From positions 1 to 64,000 of IMG/VR virus record IMGVR_UViG_3300043803_001357: a stretch of DNA of 64,000 nt; one strand, given 5' to 3'. Within the stretch, counting starts at the first letter, position 1. Each line of letters begins with the position of its first letter. The notes beneath the pieces were generated by a model, which ran no database searches, was not told where the DNA came from, and saw only the letters and a list, made by a program, of their open reading frames with translations. The stretch comes from an uncultured virus (IMG/VR IMGVR_UViG_3300043803_001357). Lineage: Duplodnaviria; Heunggongvirae; Uroviricota; Caudoviricetes. A program made the position numbers and the translations under genes. Shown here in pieces: positions 58,401 to 64,000 of this stretch.

Positions 58401-58897
58401 AAACAACATTTGTTGATGCTTTCAAATCCGTAATGGATGTGATGTTTGATTTGATTACATATCCATTTAAAAAAGGATTTGAACTAATAAAGTCTGCTGT
58501 ATCTGAAGTTGGTACTTTTCTCAAAGACACATTCAGTGGAGCTTTTACTTTTATTATTGGTGCTCTTGAAAAAGTATGGGAAAAAATGAAAGGTATTGGT
58601 TCATTTATATCTGATACAATAGGAAAAACTTTTAGTTTTGTTGGTAGAATAGTCGGAACATCAGAAGAAACTCCATCAAAAACTGCGACTGAATCAAAAA
58701 CAAGTGTAAAAACTGATGATTTATTGATCAATACAATTGTAAATTCCAATAGAGTTTTAGCAGAAAAACTTGATAAATTGACTTCTATGATGGCATCTGG
58801 TCAAATTGCTGTGTATATTGATGGTCAACGTGCAAATCAATTATTAGCAACAAGTAACTCAAAATTTGGTTCATTTGGTCAAGCAACAACCAATTAA
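55490..58897 (+). CDS. Tape measure protein
   Basis: 1135 aa, helical A/K/L-rich N-half, G/I/F amphipathic repeats, C-terminal IAVYIDG; follows the chaperone. Confidence 0.88.
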   Translation: MAAQPFDKATADKLVEAFNNLNAEIKDTLSNLDKIVDTEKRMVDIAKQLGQAYKTQKDKLDEQLKGKSLQEKLSSKFVNSEKKLNEFAQARINSYIKIESLQNELLTNAAELLVEQSKDPTSDTVIALQDLINKKSTELNLEEHLLKNSASKLESLKLHNFLLKAANELIDLYNKALEMGVKLLNKMGDLASGLATKLNIPTTLAGTFERILDVFNQIDTAATNVRQKFGLLPSQGAIFEKNIREASIELAEFGINAEQLGGTMKQIGSTFTSLQSMEKGLVKDVSIMSAQFGVASETSVKFLQTLGGVSGKSAIAKQNMLGLAKFAANAYGVGLDDVMNDVANASEEARMFAGKNADEMVRAAAQARQMGTTLDNMAKTAKGLLDFESSIQSELKASALIGKNINFNEARRLAFQGDIIGANKLILDQAKKIKFNQLNPIAQDAFAKAAGKTVKELQEMLNAEENLKEALKSKDPLVRAEAEKKKQMAEMMKNDPIAAKKAAQAEYEKGLIQEKNQTRMKQLQNEINAIFMEFIGPILEEIGPIFTQLLKYIKDNREEIKKFAQEVGKLYMMFKSLSIVSNILGGIGKMTSGFGKLITYSSQFLSSALKISSIFIGWSTSTSGIINTIVNISLKIEKIASGLKSASDTLKGFGTGFQSISNFIGKGSTQLTKLSNSVFNIGMNIEKVFTKFPAISKIGNIISNVFSGLGSSVKGIGSFVGGIFGKLGTGIGFFSKLAPIFGAVAKFLGPIGLVVSVIQGGIAFFKAFNETTGTVSQKAVAGLKAVVNALVVEPLKMVWDFLKKIPSFLADIDFAGIFKDVTNFLLDALTSLPDKIEELFSGGGGGIEWGKIFANIGRLAIEIIVFHFVKLPIAIAKTVGKLGLLILKAFGLNAIADGIASVADTLYTILKWPFELVYNWVMDKLGGKSPSEIGLAIVDGIKSVVDMLFDVLTYPFKKAAQIIPEIINILKTTFVDAFKSVMDVMFDLITYPFKKGFELIKSAVSEVGTFLKDTFSGAFTFIIGALEKVWEKMKGIGSFISDTIGKTFSFVGRIVGTSEETPSKTATESKTSVKTDDLLINTIVNSNRVLAEKLDKLTSMMASGQIAVYIDGQRANQLLATSNSKFGSFGQATTN

Positions 58898-58914
58898 TCT
58901 GATATTTATAATTA

Positions 58915-61527
58915 ATGGCAAATAGTAATACATATTCTAGCGCAATAGGTAATGATGGTGCGCAAGTTACCACACTTTCTAATATACAAGGTGCGGGTTT
59001 ATCTTTGCCGCCAAATGCCGAACAATATATAAATCTAAGAGCGCCTGGTAAATTAGAAACATTATTCAATACTAATAATAACAACGAAGTATTATATAGC
59101 AAGAATAAACCAACTGATTTATACGCAAGAGGATTAATTAGCAGCGAATTAGCACCTCCATTTTACGCAAATCCAAATCAAGGTCAACGTCAGAAGATAA
59201 ATGTTAGCAGATCGTTTCCTATACAATCCGCATTGAGAGACGGTACCAGAATCAGAAGATTTCTAGGATCTGGTAAAGGTGGTACTTTTTTAACAAAACA
59301 AATACTATTACAAGGATTTGCTCCATTTGACGAAACCAAGATTTATAATCCAGCAAGCCCTCTTTTGGCTGCGGTTAGATTATCAACATTTGGTGCTATA
59401 GAAAGACCCACCAGATTTATAGATAGTAGCAATATCGTCGGTGGTTTAATGGGTGCTGCCGGTATAGGTGGTATTACAAAAGCTATTGGTGGATTGTTTG
59501 GTGCAACTGAAGGCAATCCATCTCCGCCACGTAGTAGTGTGGCTAGTGCAGCTAGTGAGCCAAAGAGTGGATTGGGTGGATTTTTCAATTTTACAGGATT
59601 ACTTGGTGGTGGCGATAAAGCAGATCAAGTAATGCCTATTACAGGTCGAGATGGTGTTAAAGGATTACTAAGAGGTAATACAGCTACTGCTGGTTACAAC
59701 AACAAACGATATAAGAGTTTGATGAGTAATTCTACAGGCAAAGGCGGATTCTTTAGTAATCTACTAAAATCAGCTGGGTCATTTTTAAAGAATAATACGA
59801 TTCTAGGTGGATTGTTGCCACCTACTCAACCAATAGCAGGATTAAATTACAGAGCTGACGAAGATACATATGATCTGATGTTGAATACCAATAGATGGAG
59901 TAATTCTATTACACACGACAGAACAAGTGGTAAGAAGAGTGCTAATCTAAATGTTAATTTAAATCAGGGTAACAATTTGTTATATACAGGCACACAACCA
60001 AAATCAAAAGGTGGTTTTATTGGTGGGTTGTTAAAAGCAGTTGGATTACAACAAATAACAGGAGGCAACAGCAGTGGTACAAGTGGAATGAGATTTTTTG
60101 CCACTCCTCTGACAAACATAGTTTCTAAACGATTGAGACTATATGTTCAAAGCAATAAAAATTTAAGAAACAACAGCTTTTTATCTGTTACATATTCAAC
60201 TACACCTGGCGTTGGTAAATTAACAGATTCGTATACAATTAGTAATGTTGAAATTAGTTCTGTAGACGGCGCTAATACAAATAGATACGGTGATTTAGTT
60301 AAAATAGATGGTGATGTAGAATATAGTGATCAATTGTTAAATTATAAACAATATACCGATCCTAAATTATCTGTAAACTATCAACGTACACTTTCAGATA
60401 AAACAGATAAAACTGTAGAATATATTCAAGATTTAAGCAGAATTTTAAAAACCAAAATTGCTGGAAACGACAATTTAAAGTATGGTGTAGATCCTATATT
60501 TGGAAAAACACAACAGTATGCCACAGATGATGTTGGTTTTAATTATTTAGCGAAAGTAAAATCAGACAGAACCAATACTGACGGATCTGATAGTGCAAAT
60601 CAATACACCTATACTGGTCGAATCAGATATGAAAGAAAAGAAAAGTTTCCAACTCTATTGGGTAAAAAAGAAGGTAGAGACAGATTTATAAGACCCACCA
60701 ACAATGTTGACTATGTTAACAGCTTGGGTGTATTAAATGCTGATGAATTTGCTGAAAAATATAATGATCAATTTAACGGATTGGGTCCTGACTTGGTTAA
60801 GTTTTACTTCTATGATATAGTTAACAACAGATTTATACCGTTTAATGCTACTGTAAAAGGGTTACAAGAAAACAATACATCTACTTGGGAACCAATTGAA
60901 TACTTGGGTAGACCTGACAAGTTATACTATTACAAAGGATTTACCAGAGACGTTAGTTTCAATTTTAAAGTGGTTGCACATTCTGTTAAAGAATTATTAC
61001 CTATGTGGCAACGTGTAAACTATTTGGTGGGTTTAACCAGACCTTCTAATTATACTTCCACTGTAAATGGTGGATTTATGATACCACCGATGGTGCAATT
61101 TACACTTGGAGATTTTTACAAAAATCACTTTGTGGTTTTAAATTCGTGCAATGTTAGCATACCTGAAGATGCATCTTGGGAATTAATTAACGAGAGTACT
61201 GTACAACAACAAGACTGGAGTTATAATTTAGGAAATATATTTACATTTGACAAAACCAGTATGAAAGGTAAAGTTGCGCAATTTCCAAGAGAAGCGGAAA
61301 TTACTATCAATATGTCATTGATGGAAAAAGACAGACCAAAAACAGGAAGAGCTTTGTGGGGAAATGCTCCTGTTGCAACTATGACTCAGGCGGATGCTGG
61401 AGAAACTGCTACTGTATCTACATTTGGTACAACCGATCTTTATGGCGATAAAGATTATAATGATGTAGCTAATAATGATTTCTCTATGAATATGCGATAT
61501 GATGTTGACAGACAAGGAAATAAATGA
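58915..61527 (+). CDS. Baseplate/tail-tube initiator-like protein
   Basis: C-terminal IPFNATVKGLQENNTSTWEPIEYLGRPDKLYYYKGFTRDVSFNFKV..PPMVQFTLGD; Gly-rich N-half. Confidence 0.65.
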   Translation: MANSNTYSSAIGNDGAQVTTLSNIQGAGLSLPPNAEQYINLRAPGKLETLFNTNNNNEVLYSKNKPTDLYARGLISSELAPPFYANPNQGQRQKINVSRSFPIQSALRDGTRIRRFLGSGKGGTFLTKQILLQGFAPFDETKIYNPASPLLAAVRLSTFGAIERPTRFIDSSNIVGGLMGAAGIGGITKAIGGLFGATEGNPSPPRSSVASAASEPKSGLGGFFNFTGLLGGGDKADQVMPITGRDGVKGLLRGNTATAGYNNKRYKSLMSNSTGKGGFFSNLLKSAGSFLKNNTILGGLLPPTQPIAGLNYRADEDTYDLMLNTNRWSNSITHDRTSGKKSANLNVNLNQGNNLLYTGTQPKSKGGFIGGLLKAVGLQQITGGNSSGTSGMRFFATPLTNIVSKRLRLYVQSNKNLRNNSFLSVTYSTTPGVGKLTDSYTISNVEISSVDGANTNRYGDLVKIDGDVEYSDQLLNYKQYTDPKLSVNYQRTLSDKTDKTVEYIQDLSRILKTKIAGNDNLKYGVDPIFGKTQQYATDDVGFNYLAKVKSDRTNTDGSDSANQYTYTGRIRYERKEKFPTLLGKKEGRDRFIRPTNNVDYVNSLGVLNADEFAEKYNDQFNGLGPDLVKFYFYDIVNNRFIPFNATVKGLQENNTSTWEPIEYLGRPDKLYYYKGFTRDVSFNFKVVAHSVKELLPMWQRVNYLVGLTRPSNYTSTVNGGFMIPPMVQFTLGDFYKNHFVVLNSCNVSIPEDASWELINESTVQQQDWSYNLGNIFTFDKTSMKGKVAQFPREAEITINMSLMEKDRPKTGRALWGNAPVATMTQADAGETATVSTFGTTDLYGDKDYNDVANNDFSMNMRYDVDRQGNK

Positions 61528-61817
61528 GATATCAATTTACGCCAACTGAAAAAAGATATGATGGGAAATTGGTATTTAAGACCACGTATTATCCCAATAT
61601 ACCGGAAACCGAGGACGATATATACATTACCGCATCCAATGAAGATTATTTGGATGCTTTAGCCAAAAAGTATTATGGTGATGAAATGTACTGGTGGATA
61701 ATTGCTTTGGCTAACAACATATCTGATGGCAAATTGTCCGTTAATGCAAATAAACAATTAAGAATTCCAGGCAATTTACCAAATATATTACAGAATCTCA
61801 AACAGATTAATAGTTAA
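61524..61817 (+). CDS. LysM-like baseplate wedge protein (gp53/tail X-like)
   Basis: DYLDALAKKYYGDEMYWWIIALANN..QLRIP. Confidence 0.8.
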   Translation: MRYQFTPTEKRYDGKLVFKTTYYPNIPETEDDIYITASNEDYLDALAKKYYGDEMYWWIIALANNISDGKLSVNANKQLRIPGNLPNILQNLKQINS

Positions 61818-61822
61818 GTTAT

Positions 61823-64000
61823 ATGGCATACGAGGATGAAATTGCAGAAGAACCTAGATGGTGGGAAGTACAAAACATTCCTGTTGCATTAATTCGTGAA
61901 TTAAGACGCAGAAAAAACTCAAATAACGTTGGTTTTAACTATCCAACCCCAGGTGACCCAAGTGGTGTTGTATATGATTTCTACAATAAACATGGTCAGT
62001 ACAAAGGACCAATGACTCCGTGGGTACGAGTTTTTTCAAATGGCACTGGTATAGCTGGAAATGGATTGGTACCTCGTAGTACGATACTAAATAAAAACGG
62101 AGAAGAAAAGAGTTATGATGGATTCTTGTTTATGCCTGGCAGTGGATTTTATGAAATGTATGGTTTTAAACAAGATGGCAATGTATTAAAACAAGACAAG
62201 TCTGTTATTGGATATGAAGCTAATGGAAATCCACATTATATAGATTCTAGATATAGAAATCAATTTTCTTACAAGTGGCCAAGTACATTTAACAAAAACG
62301 GCAAGATTATAGAAAGCGTACAGAAATCTGAAGTGTCTTCTGTGTTACCACCACCTAATTTAGATAGCATAGAAATAAAAACTAGCAAAGATATGTTGTC
62401 GTTTGCTACCATAAAATTCAAATGTTATGGATTGGCTCAGTTGGAATATCTAGCACCATTCTTTTTGACACCCAGAATAAATGTGTTTGTTGAAATAGGA
62501 TGGAATTTGTTTAATATCAATTCACTGATTGATTTATCCAGCAAAAATGAATGTTGGTCAATAATACAATCTCCACAAAAAATAATGGATAAATGGTACC
62601 AATCGTATGGTAATTATGGTGGTATTACTGGAATTGTAACCAAGTATAATTTTTCAACACAAGACGGTACTATATATGATTGCAATGTGGAACTAACTTC
62701 TCGACAAGCATTATTTGCTGGTATGCCTGCGGAAAACAATGTAAGTACCACAACAAATTCAAAGACCGATTCCAATGGCAAAAAAATACCAACAGAAACA
62801 AAAGAATATACAGGATTAAAAACGTTTTTGAAAACCGCTTTACCCAAGTTAAAGCAAGTTGTTATTGATCGTAAAAATTTTATGGAATATATTGCTACAA
62901 ACGGTATATCCAATTCGGAAGATTATGACAATTCTAAAACACAAGAGTTTTTAAAACAACAAACTTTTTATGATGGAAAAATTGAAAACAGAATTTTTAT
63001 AGGAAGAACAGATGCGCCTAATGTATATAAAAAACCAGCTGTACCAGTTGGAGAAGAAAATATATCATATAAATCAACTAATATTGGTGGAGTAAATTAC
63101 AAAGCTGTATCATATAAAGATGATCGTTGTGATTTTGATACCAAAGGCGACGATGAAGTGTGGATGCAATTGGATTTTCTTTTTGAAGTTGCTAACAAAT
63201 TCTGTTCCGTCGTATCAAATAAAACATTTACTATTAATGTAGATAAGATAATAAATGCACATCCAAATTTAATAAGTTGTGACCCACACGTATTAATACC
63301 AAATGGAATTGCTCCTAAATTTAATATTGGCAAAAAACTTCCAGATGAAAGTTACTTAAATACTATAAAAAATAATAAATTGGATCCAACTGCACAAAGT
63401 CGAGTTGAAAATGAAATCAAGTCTGGTGGATATTTGAAAAATGGTGATCCAAATCAAAATGCGTTTTTAAAATCAAAATATGATGTCGAGGTAACTAATG
63501 TAAACGACGAACTTTATAGAGCTGCTAAAAAAGTCGAAACTGTATTTAAAACAGCGGGTGCTTATAGAGATAATTTAGATACTGTTATCAATAGATTGTA
63601 CTATGATATTGGTGGTATAAGTGAAAATAGTCCAAGTGACAATATATCATTTCCGTTTATTTATGACAAAGAAGTTGTATTGACAGGTGAAGAACTTGTA
63701 TTATCCGATCCTCAAAAAACAAGATCGCAGTCAATTAAAAGAACATACAAGAAGTTTAGATATGGTAATTTAAAAAACATATACATAAGCAAAACCAAAG
63801 TCTTGGAAATTGTAGAAAATAAAGAAGTCCAAACTTGGCAACAGTTTGCAAACGCAATATTGAATGTTATTAATGAAGCTTCTAATGGATTTTGGAAATT
63901 CCAAATATCACAAGATGATTTGGGCGGATTATCTATATTGGATAACAATTATATTGATTTAGGTGACAAATCGCCTAGTCTAAAAAAAGTATATGTCTTT
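61823..64000 (+). CDS. 3'-truncated large baseplate hub-like protein (missing from the ORF track)
   Basis: ATG at 61823 (MAYEDEIAEEPRWW..); frame appears open to the window end; PPPNLDSIEIK..ATIKFKCYGLAQLEYL..VFVEIGW. Confidence 0.65.
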   Translation, partial: MAYEDEIAEEPRWWEVQNIPVALIRELRRRKNSNNVGFNYPTPGDPSGVVYDFYNKHGQYKGPMTPWVRVFSNGTGIAGNGLVPRSTILNKNGEEKSYDGFLFMPGSGFYEMYGFKQDGNVLKQDKSVIGYEANGNPHYIDSRYRNQFSYKWPSTFNKNGKIIESVQKSEVSSVLPPPNLDSIEIKTSKDMLSFATIKFKCYGLAQLEYLAPFFLTPRINVFVEIGWNLFNINSLIDLSSKNECWSIIQSPQKIMDKWYQSYGNYGGITGIVTKYNFSTQDGTIYDCNVELTSRQALFAGMPAENNVSTTTNSKTDSNGKKIPTETKEYTGLKTFLKTALPKLKQVVIDRKNFMEYIATNGISNSEDYDNSKTQEFLKQQTFYDGKIENRIFIGRTDAPNVYKKPAVPVGEENISYKSTNIGGVNYKAVSYKDDRCDFDTKGDDEVWMQLDFLFEVANKFCSVVSNKTFTINVDKIINAHPNLISCDPHVLIPNGIAPKFNIGKKLPDESYLNTIKNNKLDPTAQSRVENEIKSGGYLKNGDPNQNAFLKSKYDVEVTNVNDELYRAAKKVETVFKTAGAYRDNLDTVINRLYYDIGGISENSPSDNISFPFIYDKEVVLTGEELVLSDPQKTRSQSIKRTYKKFRYGNLKNIYISKTKVLEIVENKEVQTWQQFANAILNVINEASNGFWKFQISQDDLGGLSILDNNYIDLGDKSPSLKKVYVF

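Noticed and set aside
1379..63948. Numerous 60-140 aa ORFs nested in or antisense to long genes
   Set aside because: They overlap well-supported genes and have no motifs or initiation signals
1..64000. Stop-codon reassignment as in some large phages
   Set aside because: Genes are full length and tightly packed in the standard code; TAA, TAG and TGA all end genes
1..64000. tRNA, rRNA or other known structured RNA genes
   Set aside because: Intergenic gaps are short and none shows a cloverleaf or recognisable RNA family; a covariance-model search was not possible

Overview
This 64 kb AT-rich window is part of a large T4-like (myovirus-type) bacteriophage genome; no host genes, rRNA, tRNA or CRISPR array were seen. 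It holds the virion morphogenesis region (1304-aa tail sheath, terminase, portal, prohead protease, scaffold, major capsid, neck, tail terminator, two fibres, tail tube, tail chaperone, tape measure, baseplate), a replication/recombination block (RuvC-like, primase, fused Mre11-Rad50), a glycosylation block (FkbM methyltransferase, GT4, GT4 fused to an Aah/TibC-type O-heptosyltransferase) and an inverted accessory cassette (lipoprotein, MscS-like protein, ankyrin-class III cyclase, Mom-like enzyme). Main candidates for new biology: (1) virion glycosylation acting on a ~1,730-residue Gly-(Thr/Ser)-(Ser/Asn) fibre; (2) a shared N-terminal M-I-x-L-x-x-L-L-x-E tag that may route enzymes into the capsid; (3) the ankyrin-cyclase/membrane cassette; (4) a +1/-2 frameshift on a T7 run in the tail chaperone; (5) a TATTTAT late-promoter-like motif that would give near-leaderless mRNAs. 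All family calls come from reading motifs by eye; no database search was run.
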